From Octopus sinensis (lineage: Eukaryota), in contig NC_043000.1 in assembly GCF_006345805.1 (NCBI RefSeq), positions 107,198,001 to 107,262,000 on the forward strand: DNA of 64,000 nt. The letters run 5' to 3'. Below are positions 1-58,280 of this stretch, piece by piece (positions within the stretch are counted from its first letter, which is position 1; every line of letters begins with the position of its first letter). Under the pieces are notes generated by a model, which had not been told where the DNA came from, searched no databases, and worked only from the letters and a program-made list of their open reading frames with translations. The translations under genes and the position numbers were made by a program.

Positions 1-355
1 CAATTTCGAACGACAGGGTATAAGTCGATTACATCGACCCCAGTACTTATTTAATCGAACCTAAAAGGATGAAATGCAAAGTCGACCTCGGCGGAATTTA
101 CACTCAGAACGTAAAGGCGGACGAAATACCTATTTCTTTACTACCCACAAGGGGCTAAACATAGAGAGGACAAACAAGGACAGACAGACGGATTAAGTCG
201 ATTATATCGACCCCAGTGCGAAACTGGTACTTATTTAATCGACCCCGAAAGGATGAAAGGCAAAGTCGACCTCGGCGGAATTTGAACTCAGAACGTAAAG
301 GCTAACGAAATACCGCTAAGCATTTTTGCCCGACGTGCTAACGATTCTGCCAGCG
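1..355 (-). mobile_element. tRNA-derived SINE copies (family with GGCGGCGAGCTGGCAGAA head and Meta-like core)
   Basis: Reverse complement of the head/B-box (GAGTTCAAATTCC) and GCCTTTCATCCTTTCGGGGTCGAT core that recurs throughout the window. Confidence 0.85.
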
Positions 356-1712
356 CTTCCTCTTCTTAATTATATTACAAATTTAAACACTTCCATGAAA
401 AGCAGTGTGACATCTGGGATAAGTGACTTCTACGAAAGCCTCGGACGGATTTAGTAGATGGAAACTGAAAGAAGCATGTCACGCACGCGCGTTTGTGAAT
501 GTGAGTGCGCGTATATTTGTTAGTCATCCGCCTTTTTACTAACTGCGTTGGTTTGTCTGTTACCATAACTTAGCGGTTTGGTATATCACCGATAGAATAC
601 CTGATTTTACAAAAATAAATAAGTACTGGAGTTGATTTGTTCGACTAAACCCTACATGCCAGCAGGCCAATAACTGAAACGAGTAAAAGATAAAAAAATA
701 CATTTATTGCCTTGCAATATTTGGTAATGTTTTCTCCGATGTTTAAAATGCTGTAGTTATTCTTCTCATAACTTTCCCTTTTGTACATTTAATTCTGAAC
801 TGACACGTGCTTGTGGAAGCGATTATCAAAAGATAGGGGAAAGCAGCAGCAAAACAAGAATTGAAGACGTGTGAAAAAGATTCCTTGTCTAAGGGAAGTA
901 ACTCTAATGATTCTAACAAAGATTAAAATTTGCTTTAGAGTTACCTACCTTTACATTAACGTATACGTTCGTTAAACGTAAACTTTTTTTTCTTTTTTGT
1001 GAATTCTTTGTTACAACATATTTAGCAATGGTGTAAATGCCGTTATTATTTTGAGTAGAAGCTATCAGTAATTCTCAAACACTGTACAGAAGATTTTAAA
1101 TATATAATGTAAGGCTGTAGAAAATCCATACTAGAAACGTGACCACCGTGAAAATAGAATTATTCATAATTTTGTTGTCCGCACAAGTAGCATTGATTTC
1201 AAATTTTGGCACAATGCTAGCGAGTTCGGGTAGGGAAAAAAATCGATTACATCAGTTATTTATTTTACCGACCCCCAAAAGGACGAAAGGCAAAAGTTAA
1301 CATTTGAACTCGGAACGTTAAGACGAACGAAATGCCGGAAAGCATTTTGCCCGGCGTGCTATCGATTCTGCCAGCTCACCACCTTCCATACAACCATCAT
1401 TAAATATTCTTTTCCACTCTAGGCACAAGGCCCTAAATTTTGGGAGAGGAGCCAGTCGATTAGATGCCCCCCCCTCCCCCAGTACGCAAATGGTACTTAA
1501 TTTATCGACCCCGAAAGGCTGAAAGTCAAAGTCGACCTCAGCGGAAGTATTAATATTTTTTAGATGGATTCTTAAATGTTTTTTTTTAAGTTCAAAACAC
1601 TGCTTATTTCAATGAACCACTAATATTAACTTTCCATGCGAAGTGTACCTTATTTTTTCTTTAATCTCTGTAAGCCACAGTTAAAAAATATTGAATGAAG
1701 CTCGATTTAGAG

Positions 1713-1956
1713 CAGTGACTCCCAACATTTTTCAGGCTGCCACCCACTTCTACCCACCCACACACTCCCCATTATAATTCAAAACACTACAGCATGTTCA
1801 AAACACTGTATTTCATAAATAAAACTTACTGTAAGAAACTAACTTTGTTGCTTTTACATCCAACGTCCCCTTTTGGCCACTCCATTATCGCCCCTTTTCT
1901 TCAACGTCACACTGAACATTTTCACACATATCCCACCACCACTTTAAGAATCATTA
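1713..1956. mobile_element. Degenerate hAT-type MITE
   Basis: CAGTGACTCCCAAC left end, decayed right end; flanking 8-mers atttagag/attcagaa (6/8 match). Confidence 0.4.
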
Positions 1957-2327
1957 ATTCAGAATCGCTCTAGGCTTACTTTGTATCACTAACGATAATC
2001 TTGTTTTGATTAGATATTCTCATCAGCATAGGTTTTCTCAAAGCCAAGACTCACGGTAAAATCAAACCATGCTTCCATACATGGATCAACAAGGGAGCCT
2101 TTATCTGATCAATAAACTTAATTAGAAATAAGAGCTATATCTCTCCTAATTACGTATCCACGGAATGGTAATGATTTTATGTTCAAGATGAAGGGTGTAA
2201 CAAGCAGAATCGCTAGAGAAGCAGAATTTGACAACACAAGCACGTCAGGGCCATTAAACTTATACCATTGAATATGCTGAGGTACGAAGCTATATCAAAG
2301 TATAACATCCAAAGACTAAAAAAAAAA

Positions 2328-2525
2328 GCGGCGAGCTGGCAGAATCGTTAGCACGTCGGGCGAAATGCTTAGCGGTATATCGTCTGCCGCTACATTCGGA
2401 GTTCAAATTCCGCCGAGGTCGACTTTGCCTTTCATCCTAAAATAAACACCAGTTGAACACTGGGGTCGATGTAATCGACTCATCTCCACCTCCCCCAAGC
2501 TGTCCTTGTGGCAAAAATTTGAAAT
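2328..2525 (+). mobile_element. tRNA-derived SINE (Meta-like core)
   Basis: GCGGCGAGCTGGCAGAATCGTTAGCAC head, GGAGTTCAAATTCC B-box, conserved core. Confidence 0.85.
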
Positions 2526-2876
2526 AATAACATCCAGAGACTATATAGCTAAAGTATAACATTCCAGCAGAGACTGTATATAACTAGAGTGACTGCTGAT
2601 TGCGCAACTTTCCAACATTCGAATGTCAACTTCACATATTCCATCATTCAAGAACTAAGCTGAACTGACATCTCCACATGATTCTGAATTGTTTAAGGAT
2701 TAAAACATTCTATTGAGAAATATCAGCTTTGATTAAGTTGTCAGTGCTTACACAACTAAAGCTTGCATTGATTTTGATTTATTATAAATTACAATATTAA
2801 CGAGTGTTCCAATAAATTTATTAAAGATACATCAGAAACTCGTTTATATTTTTATTACATGGTTCGATTTGTAAAA

Positions 2877-3600
2877 TGGCGAACTGGCAGAATCGTTAGT
2901 GCGCGAGACAAAAATGCTTAGCGGCATTTCGTCCGTCTTTAGTTCTGAGTTAAAATTCCGGCACAATCGACTTTGCCTTCCGTCCTGATAAGGTCGATAA
3001 AATAAGTACCAGCTGAGTAGTGGAGTCAATGCTATAGTCATCATCATTGTTCGACCGTGGTCGAGACAATGGAATTTACTATGTTACGCCAGACTTCACG
3101 GTCCATCATAGCATTACGGAGGTCCTGTTGCTGGATGCCTGTATCCCTGGAGATTACATCAGGGTAGGAGAGTGTGCGCCCTCTGGTATTGCGAGTAGAT
3201 GGCTTCCAGAGGAGAAGAGTAGAAATTACTTCTTTTTCAGCTCTGCAACAATGTCCAGCAAACTGGACTCTCCTACCTTTCACAAGAGATGACACAGGTG
3301 GTAGTTTCCCATATATTTGCATTTTGGTTGGATGGCGCTTCCACGAGAGATTTTGAGCTCTCATAAGGAGGCGAGTGTAGGTTCCATCCAACCGCCTCTC
3401 AAGCTTCTTTGATAACGTCCAGGTTTCTGAGCCATATAGTAGAATTGGTTCGACTGTGGCTTTGAATATTTCAAGTTTGAAGTCTCTACTTAGATTTGAT
3501 GACCAGATCTTATGCATGTCATGTCGACTAATTATGCTATCGACTAACTACCTCGCACCGAAAATTTCAGATCTCGTGCCTATGGTAGCAAGGATTCTGA
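2877..3600 (+). mobile_element. SINE interrupted by an RTE LINE fragment
   Basis: SINE head and core at 2877-3035; sequence resumes after 3519. Confidence 0.7.
3038..3517 (-). mobile_element. 5'-truncated RTE-clade LINE (ORF2 C-terminus, open) with TGA-repeat tail
   Basis: LLYGSETWTL...RRVQFAGHC...DREVWR motifs of RTE ORF2; stop runs into TGATGATGA. Confidence 0.85.
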
Positions 3601-3959
3601 TATTATTTGTATCCCTTTATCTTAGTGACATAACGCAGATCTTTCTGAACATTTGCAACTCAGCTCCCTCCTTTGTAACAGCAGTAGTATTTAGAGTTAA
3701 CTCCACTGAAACACTGCACTAAGTTCAGCATTTCGTTTTCGTCTGATCTTGAGTTTTATACGAAATAAAAACATCTATTATTTAAGTTATCAAATGCAAT
3801 TCAGACGACAGTATTTTGAGGTTGTATTCCTTAGCCAGGAAGGACTTCTAAGTGTGTGTGTGTGTGGTGTGTGTGTGCGCGTGCGCGTATTATGCAGCCC
3901 TTTCTCCCTCACAGATAGACAATCTGACCTCTCCCAACACTTCACCCAGCAGAACATCC

Positions 3960-4513
3960 ATGTGAAAGATGGATAGAGAGAGAGAAAACTGGATCAGTAA
4001 TTGGTAAATGTTAATTTCAGTTGAGTAAAGAGGACTGACGTGAAAAGAAGTCGTCTGCTCAAAGACCTAAGAAAATCTGCCATGATAAGTGCACACTGGA
4101 AACACATTCTACAATTGGGAAGTCAAATCTATATACATATAAAGCTGAAGTTGTCTGTGTATGGCAGTTTTGGTAGCCTTCAACGAACACTCCGAAACCC
4201 TGCGGTGCAAGTTGACCAAAATTGAGAGTATGATAGAAGAAGGCTTGCTCTTCATTCCGTAAGAGATAAAATTCAAATCGGACCATGTTAACACCAAAAA
4301 TTATTTACATCAAAAAGGTGCTTTTTTTGTATGAAAATCCCTATTTTTTACGATGTTTTGACTGCTGTGTCGCCATTTTTTAGTGTATTTCAACCAGAAA
4401 AAATGTTCACTTAAAGAGAATAACAAGCTACATAATGCAAACTTTTTACTTTTCAAAAATTCTAATTCTAAATGGTCAAAACAAACCCGAGCAACGCCAG
4501 GCGATACTGCTAG
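3960..4513 (+). mobile_element. Non-autonomous Helitron-like element, 3' part (5' boundary uncertain)
   Basis: Ends CCCGAGCAACGCCAGGCGATACTGCTAG|T: GC-rich subterminal hairpin, CTAG, then T. Confidence 0.55.
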
Positions 4514-6509
4514 TTAAATTATAAATAAAGGAATAGACATGTTTTCAAACTGATTTTTTTTACCGATTTCACATATGCATGGAGGTTTATATTAATAAAT
4601 GCATTTACACATTATTCTCTTGTATATATGTACGTACATGTATATGCATATATTTGTATTGCTGGATCTGTGAAAATATAATCCACTTCCTCAGCTATTT
4701 AAACCATTTTGGCTTTTGATGAAGGATTACTCAAATAAGTGGAACAAGATAATAAATTATGTAAAATTAGGCAACTTTTTTTTTTTAGTCTTTATTTGCA
4801 TAACATGCATGTTATAAAAAAAAAATAACATGGAAATGGAAAAACAAACACATGCATAGAAATTATATTGAACGACTTAAAAATCTGTAGTTTTTTTTTT
4901 ATAGTTTTTAATGAAAAAAAAATCAATGCAAGGATGCTAAAATTAATAGCAGTTCTTAAATTACAAATTATTGCACAAAAATGACTTGATCAAAAGAATT
5001 ATAGCATAAATTAAAAGAATTGACCTCTTCCTGGAATCATCATCATCACCATTGTCGTCATCAACATTTTTTAATATCCATCTTCTATGCTGGCATGGGT
5101 TGGACGATTTGACAAGATAGAACAGATCCAAGTATTGCATTGTGCTTCCAATGTCTGCTTTGGCATGGTTTCTGTGGTTTAATGCCCTTTCCAATGTCAA
5201 ACAGTTAATAGAGTATACTTGGTGCTTTTTTCATTCATGGCACCAGCTCTTGTGAAGTAACCATGTGGCTCACAAGACTAAGATCCTCTTTGATTGAGGA
5301 TGGGTGGGTGTCTGCAGAGGAGCTGGAAACAAATTCACAGAGGAAGAGAAAACCACCCCGAAAGGGAGGGAGAGAGAGGGCAGAGAGGGGAAGAGAGAAG
5401 AGAGAGAGAATGTGTGATCACGTGCATACACGAATGTTTGTGTAACTGTAAGGGAAACATGGGAGTCAATGCTAACTATGCTATGAAGAATTATCACTGC
5501 TCTTCATCTATCCAAGACTGGTAAAAGAAGTTATAGAATGAGGAGGTTAATGTGATTAACATGTAGTTCCTTGCAGGTTGCTATTTAGAGAGAAGTGTCA
5601 CTTGAAAACCTATGTTAGTGTGTTTACATCCCCGTAACTTAGAAGGGTTCAGCAAAAGAGTCCATCAGAATAAGTACTAGGCCTAAAAAAAATAAATAAA
5701 CCCTGGGGTCGATTTGTTTGACTAAAGCCCTTTGAGGTGGTGCTCCAGCATGGTCGCAGTCAAATGACTGAAACAAGTAAAAGATAAAAGATAAACAATA
5801 GTTTTATAGCAATTTTAAGTAACAGGTTTTGTGAAGATAAGAAGGAACAGGTGTAATATTTAGAAGTAGCATACAGCAGTATACATCCCAGAAAATAGGG
5901 GTCATTAAAATATACTGTATGAACATAGTTACCAATGTATTACAAACATTCTCAAGCCACTGCCATAAAAATCAAAACAAAAACATTTTAGTAGCTAACA
6001 TGTTGGAACCATGAGCCAATGGGGGTGACTATATGGTCATTTGGCTTGCTAGAAATAGCAGCCAAATCTACTTCATATCTCACCCCTGGGTAATGTCAGC
6101 ATGGATTCTTTGCACTAAGAAAAACAGAGAGGATCAGACAGATGGAAAGCCGTTGATCAAAGTTCTGATCAATCAAGCCTGACAAGGGATATACAACAAC
6201 ATCAACAACAATTATTGCTCCACCATCAATTTGTCTTAAAAGGTAACAAAAATATACAAGATTAGGAACTGATGATGGCCCACTGACTGTAAAATGTTGG
6301 TAAATGAAGGTTTGGTAATCAAATGAATGGAATTTTTTTTTTTTTTTACTTAAAATGGAATCCTACATGTGTATATATATGTATATAATGCATTGGCTGC
6401 CATTTCTGTTTCCTAATACAGGAGCATATTAACACAGAGAATAAATTTTACAGCTTTTTAGAGATTAGGGATGGATTTCTGGCCCTGGAGAAGAAATCTA
6501 CTTCAGGGA

Positions 6510-6900
6510 AGAATGTGTAGTTGTAGACACTGCTAGAAAAGACTGTTTGAACTTAGCACTTGAGAAAGGTTAGATTGAGAGTAGTTGTGGATTGTTGTTG
6601 AGGAGAGAGCTGTAAGGAGTTTAGCTGAGCATTACTGGTGAATAGAGAACATGAGTGTAGTTGTATATTGTTGAGATGAATGTAGTTGTAAATTGTGGGT
6701 GAGCAGAGGAGTCCAGCTGTGCATTGTTGATGGGTAGAGGTAATGAGTGTGTATTAAGATGAGATGAGTGTAGTTATGCTGGTGAGTAGAGAAGAGGAGT
6801 TTAGCTGCATACTGTCAGTGAGTAAAGAAGGTGATTTTAGCTGTATATTGTTGGTGAGTATAGATATGTTTAGCTGTGTATTATTAATGAGTGTGTATAA
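6510..6900. repeat. Degenerate minisatellite (roughly 35-bp units, GAGTGTAGTTGTATATTGTTG-like)
   Basis: Repeated gagt(g/t)tag(c/t)tgt..attgttg units just downstream of the stop codon. Confidence 0.6.
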
Positions 6901-7005
6901 TTAATGAGTATTAATTATTCATATATAATTAGTTTTAAAACAAGATTAACAAAGTCTTATTAAATATCATATAAAATAATAGTCAAATGAGAGAAACAAA
7001 ATGAA

Positions 7006-51742
<44,737 letters not shown>

Positions 51743-52719
51743 ATTCAAGATATGACTACAGTTGGAACCTGAAATGATAAAACAATTGCAAAATTAATAT
51801 TGGTTTCAAATCTCGGCACAAGGCCAACAAATTTGGGGAAGGGGGTAAGTCAATTACACTGACCCCAGTGTTCAACTGGTACTTATTTTATTGACCCCGA
51901 AAAGACAAAAGGCAAAGTCAACCTCAGTGGAAGTTAAATTCAGATCAAAGAACAACAAAATGCCAAAAAAGCATTTTGCCTGGCATGCTAACAGTTCTGC
52001 CAACTTGCCATCTTATTTACTGAATATCAATTTAGTAAATAAAGCAAAGTACCACAAAACAACCATCACGATGCTGCAGTTTCAGTTTAAAAGTTATTTC
52101 ACTTCAATCATTTCAATCACAAGCCATGTTCTTCAATAATACTGCTAAACACACTGGAAAAAGTATGAACATCACTGCATTACATTTCCTACCTTAAAGA
52201 CACGGGATTCCACCTTGAAAGATATCCTCCAAGGCACAACTCCAGACAAAGTTGTTCATGGAAGACCAGCAGTTTCCCATGCATATCAGCCTCCCCATCT
52301 CCATGCCACTGATGTTATCCAAGGGAAAGGGCAAAGGCTAATACAGCTTGGCACCAGTGATATCGCAACTCACTTCTACAGCTGACTGAACAAGAGCAAC
52401 AAGAAATAAAGTGTCATGCTCAAGAACACGACACACAACCCAGTTCAGGAATTGAACTCACTACATCATGATTGTATGTATTTTACTTCAAATCAACTTT
52501 ATATTTATTTAACGGTTTTGTTAGCATATTTCTGGTAACAAAAGCTGGTGTTTACAACATAAATTAACACAAAATTTTGAGGTAAGGCTTTAATTTAAAT
52601 CTCTTTAAGTTTTTGTCACTACCATTTCTGTTACACTGTTTTTGCTTCAATCAACATTGAAAATAATGAAGAATTTAGTAAAATAACTGTTATTATTATA
52701 AGGTGGGAAGCTTGCAGAG

Positions 52720-53140
52720 AGCTGGCAGAAACGTTAGCACACTAGGCAAAATACTTAGCGGTATTTCATCTGTCTTTACGTTCTGAGTTCAAATTCTGCC
52801 GAGGTCGACTTTGCCTTTTGTCCTTTTGGAGTCAAAAAATTAAGTACCAGTTGCGCACTGGGGTCGATGTAATCAACTTAATCCCTTTGTCTGTCCTTGT
52901 TTGTCGCCCCCCCCCCATGTTTAGCCCCTTGTGGGTAATAAAGAAATAAGAATCATTAGCATGCCACAGTATTTTGTCTGCCTTCACATTCTGAGTTCAA
53001 ATGTTGCCGGGGTCAACTTTGTCTTTCATCCTTTCAGGGTTGATAAATTAAGTACTAGTGGAACACAGGAGTCGATGTAATCGACTTGTTTCCTCCCCCA
53101 AAATTTCAGGCCTTGTGCCTACAGTAGAAAGGATTATTAG
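52720..53140 (+). mobile_element. Two tandem Meta-like SINE copies
   Basis: Two successive heads/cores with different 3' ends. Confidence 0.75.
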
Positions 53141-53799
53141 CTGGTGTTTGGAACAATAATGAAGATGAAATTTTGATGGAAGATTTTACTCTTTTGTTAC
53201 CATATTTCTATTGAAATGCACTGTCTCTGCTTCAGTCAATTTTAAGATAATGAAGAATTTAGTAAAATAATTCTGTCATTATTTGGCTGGTGTCTGGAAG
53301 ACAAATGAAATTTTGATGGATAGTTTCAATTTAGATCACTTTAAAATGACAGGTTTGCATCACAGGTGATTGGTATGAAATGGATCTAATATAGAACAAG
53401 CCAATACAGGTTCATTTCATTTAGGCATAATCAATCATGGTGATAGTGGTGGTGATGGTAATGATGGTGATGGTAGTGGTAAGTAGGTGGGTGGGTTGTT
53501 TGATGGTGGTTGTGGCGGCAGCAGCTATCCTAACAAAGAATCCTGAATATGACCATTTATCTTTTACTTGTTTGAGTCATTGGACTGCAGCCACACTGGG
53601 GTACTGGTCTGAAGAGTTATGGTCAAAAACAATCACACTCAGGACTTATTTTAAAGTTTGGTACTTAATCTATCGGTCACTTTTGCTAAATCCTTAAAAT
53701 GAACTACTGTATGAATAACTGACAAATGAATTATTGAGTGATACTAAGGCACCTTCAACCATTTTGATGATTCTAGAAAAGTGATTCATCTAATAAAAC

Positions 53800-54550
53800 T
53801 TAGGCCACACTCACCTCTAGACTTAAGGTTGGTGTTATGGAGGGAGTAAGAATATCCCCCCCTAATGTATAATGGTGTACTTGTCAATCAACAGCGAGCT
53901 TGAGTTGCCAGTCAACAATCCATTGCTGCATTGTGTTCAGGTTAGATTGTAAGAAAGATTTATAGCATATCAGAGCTATAATTTTTATGTCAATGTACAG
54001 CATAATGGTGTCTGCATATTTAACAAGTTGGCATCTATTTCATTAATGTATGCAACAAACAACAGAGGGCCAAGAACAAATCCCTGCAGGACTTCAAATG
54101 TCATTGCAAAGGCTATAGAATTTTGTGCTAGTACTTTGATTATCTCTTAATATAACACATAATGGGAGGCAGCAGGCTAACAGAACCATTAGTACAATGG
54201 GCAAAATGCTTAGTGGCATTTCATCCCCTTTCATGTTGAGTTCAAATCCCATTGAAATCGACTTTGACTTCCATCCTTTTAGGGTCTATAAAATATCAGT
54301 CAAGCATTGAAGTCAATGTAATCGACTTACCTACTCTCCCAAAATTACTGGCCTTGTATCAAGATTTGAAACTAATATAGCAGACAACATGAACAATGTA
54401 AAGAGTATTTAATACAATAAACTTCTGCAAGTTGGCATCTATTTCATTAATACATGCCACAAATAACAGAGAACCAAGAACAGATCACTGCAGGACTTCA
54501 AATGTCATTGCAATGGGTACAAAATGTTGTCCTGCCAATTTGATTATGTA
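53800..54550 (-). mobile_element. Decayed CR1-like RT fragments, partially duplicated around a SINE
   Basis: VLQGFVLGPLLFVAYINE...KYAD-like; 54026-54115 repeated at about 54430-54520. Confidence 0.55.
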
Positions 54551-55479
54551 AAAACAACATAAAGTGCAATAGGAAAATACAATTACACAAAGATATGAAG
54601 CTATTTCCCTCAGTGCATACATTACCTACACTTACTAAAGCTGCATGAATCAACAAGTCTTTAGAAGGTCACTCTATATTGCAAGATATAGCAACTAGAT
54701 TTCCATCAACTCGCATTCCTACTGGCTTGAAAAAGACAAAGATACACTAGATAATGTAATTTCGGATATATAAGAACAAGCATGGCTGTGTGATAAAGAA
54801 ACTCACTTTGCAAGCACAAGGTTTTGAATTCAGTCCCACTGCCTAGCATCTTGGTCAAATGTCTTCTACAATAGGCCCAAGCTTACTAATGTTTTGTGAG
54901 TGAATTTGGTAGACAGAAACTGTGTGGAAGGGTGCCATATATGTATGTATAAGTACAGTTGTGTGTGTATGTGTGTGTGTGTGTTTGTGCGCATGCATGC
55001 ACACTTGTGTTTGTCTCCCACTTACTACTTGACAACCAGTGTGGTTTGGTTTATGCCTTCATAATTTAGCAGTTTGGCAATAGAGGTCAACAGAATAAGT
55101 ACCAAACTTCAAAAGCTAGGTACTGGGTTTAATTTGTATGACTTAAACGCTTCAAGGTAGTGCCCCAGCATGAGCACAGTTCATTGACTTTAACACGTAA
55201 AAGATAAAGCATAAGCTGTTGTGTCTGGGGGGAGTCATTTTCTTTTTGTGCCTTATAATTTAACATTTATTTCTTATTTTTATTTTCCTAAAATTTTCGT
55301 TGCATCTTGCAAACTTGGAAAACAGATATTAAACAATTATGATATATATATATGACAGGCTTCTTTCAGTTTCCATCTACAAAATATACTCACAAAGCTT
55401 TGGTTGACCAAAAAACATTGTTCAAGGTACCACACAGTGGGACTGAACCTGGAGCCATGTGGTTGGAAAGCAAGCTTCT

Positions 55480-55713
55480 TATTTCTTTATTGCCCACAAG
55501 GGGCTAAACATAGAGGGGACAAACAAGGACAGACAAAGGGATTAAGTCGATTACATCGACCCCAGTGCATAACTGGTACTTAATTTATCGACCCTGAAAG
55601 GATGAAAGGCAAAAGTCGACCTCGGCGGAATTTGAACTCAGAACATAGCTGAAGACGAAATACCACTAAGCATTTCGCCCGGTGTGCTAACGTTTCTGCC
55701 AGCTCACCGCCTT
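55480..55713 (-). mobile_element. Meta-like SINE nested in an OR2-like SINE, 13-bp TSD
   Basis: AAAGCAAGCTTCT at 55467-55479 and 55714-55726. Confidence 0.85.
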
Positions 55714-56670
55714 AAAGCAAGCTTCTCACCACACAACCATATTTCTATATATCTATGTATATGTGCACATTTGTATTTTCCCTTATCCTGAGATTATGCA
55801 ATGTTTGTAAACAAGCATCACAATCATAGCAGCATTGTCATTCATTTCCAAGTCTTCCATGAAAAGACAAGCCTGGCCATGAAAATATTACCTAACTTGG
55901 AAATAGGTGTGTGTTGGTGACAGGAAGAGCATCTCACCATAGAAAATCTACCTCAACAAATTCCTTCCAACCCATGCACACATGGAAAAGAGGATACTAA
56001 ATTGATGATGACGATAATAATGATGGTCCGCATGTCTCACCTTACTTAAGATAAAGATGAAGCTAACATAATTTACTTTCTTTTTTTAGCTACCTTCTAA
56101 TTTAAAACATTAATTCTCCTCATGTCGGTATCTTTTTCATGTTTATGATATTATGTCTGCCTATTTTGATTTAAGACTTAGTGATATAAATATCAACAAA
56201 GATAATAGTAAACTACTCCAATCTTCTCACAATATGTATGATCTGATATTCTACTTTTTTTTTTCTTTTGCTTGGTTTGGGTTTTGTTATTTTCATTGAA
56301 ATGCATAATACACAATATAAAATGCAATTATCTTCCAGTTTTTTTATTATTAGACAGTTTTTATTCTTAGTTCTTAGTTTTTAGCTCGTGGCTGACATAA
56401 GAAAATTATTTCGTTCAAACATAGGAACCATTAATTATTAAATTTTATTTTGTTTTCATTAACAATGCATTCTTTATTTTACTTGAAAATATGGCAAAAC
56501 CCAGACAGATAATTCACTCCATCTCACCAACACCAAATGTGAAAATTAGCAGATTCCAAAGCTAATATATACAACAAATATTACTTTTTTAACCTTATAA
56601 CTTAGTACTAACATGCTATCTTTAAAGAATGTTTTTAGGCAGTGACAGACATGTCTTTTATATATAGCAA

Positions 56671-56990
56671 CTATCTGAGTACCCAGTCACTGCCAAACAA
56701 TTTTTACAATAGAATGCCTTTATTTCAATTTTTTAAAATTCCATATTTGACCATATCTTCTGCAATGGATTGACCTCTTGATCAAGATGGATTTATGCAT
56801 TATTTGGGGCCAAAGTTTTTGTTTTTAGCACTTGGTACAAAGATGTAAAAAATTTTCTTCCTATTCTTGAACATCCAATGTAAAGCTGACCATGGGTGAT
56901 GCAGAGCTCTTCAAGGTGTAAACTGGTAACCAAAAATATTTGCTCTTGTGACTTGATGGTCATGCCAAATCTAAGACTCACTGGAAATTG
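56671..56990 (-). mobile_element. Helitron 3' remnant (PIF1-like helicase C-terminal motifs)
   Basis: FGMTIKSQ...THGQLYIGCSR (cf. FAMTINKSQGQ/SHGQLYVA.SR); decayed end GGGTACTCAGATAG|T. Confidence 0.75.
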
Positions 56991-57278
56991 AAGTCATTTG
57001 AATTGGAATGGGACATCAATATGACCACAAAACAACAACCACACCAACTCCTCAATACTAGCACAATTGATGAACTATTATACTCCACAGTCAAGAGCTC
57101 TTCACATTTCAGCTATCCACTTCCTCATTTCCTTGAAATACAAGTGACCCATCTCTCTCTCTCTATATATATATATATAATATATATACAGATTATATAT
57201 ATATATATATTATATATATATATATATTATATATATATATAATATATATACAGATTATATATATATATATACATATAT

Positions 57279-57329
<51 letters not shown>

Positions 57330-57509
57330 TATAATATATATATATATATTATATATATATAATATGTATATATATTCATCACGGCAACGAGAAACTCAGA
57401 GTAACAGATTTTGTTGAATTTTCTGCTGCTTTAAATAAAGCATATTACTCTACCACTGGTATTTGAGTACTCTTTTTTCCACCTTGTTTCACATTTATGT
57501 GTTTACTCC

Positions 57510-57560
<51 letters not shown>

Positions 57561-58280
57561 ATTGAAGAAAAAATCGGCCTTGTTTGTAAAAAACATTTGG
57601 ACCTGAGTTGGCATCCCCTAAACAAATTTTGTTCCTGGGCCACTTCTCTGAAGCTTTCTTTCCAACACTGCCAATTTGTCACTTTTCTACCATCCTTAAA
57701 AAGATGTATGTATTTGGCAAAGAAATGTAATATTTCAATCTTTGTACATATAAAATGGTAAACACCAAAATGAAACAAACTGAAAATAAATATTCATTAA
57801 GAATCAGAAAAGGCAAATACAAAATTTCATATTTTTTTTATTTGAAGCATGTTTTTTATTTAAATCTGGATGGGTTTTTGAATATACAGGAATAGAGAAA
57901 AATTCATCTTTTACAAGGAGAGAATAAAATGTTAACCAAATAACTTGTTTACAAACTTTTTTTTTTCTATATTATATAATTTTAGAATTATTAATAAATG
58001 GAGGTTTGAAAAACTCTTTAATTTTACTCTATATGTTTAATAGTTAGGTAACATGCTGTTTACCGTTATAAAAAAGTGAAAGTGAATTGCGATAGAAACC
58101 AAAAGTGTTGGGAGTGACATCCCAAAATTTCATAAAAATAACATAAAACTCCCTCATTATGCCACACCCACAGTGACCCACATGTACAGGTAGATTCAAG
58201 TAATGTATTAAGTATTTCAAAAGTGGCAGCTGACATGTATCGTTCCTTTATACCAATCAACGAACAGAACCGAGAAGTGA

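Noticed and set aside
2328-2415. tRNA genes at SINE heads
   Set aside because: A/B boxes are present but run on into SINE bodies; no complete cloverleaf seen
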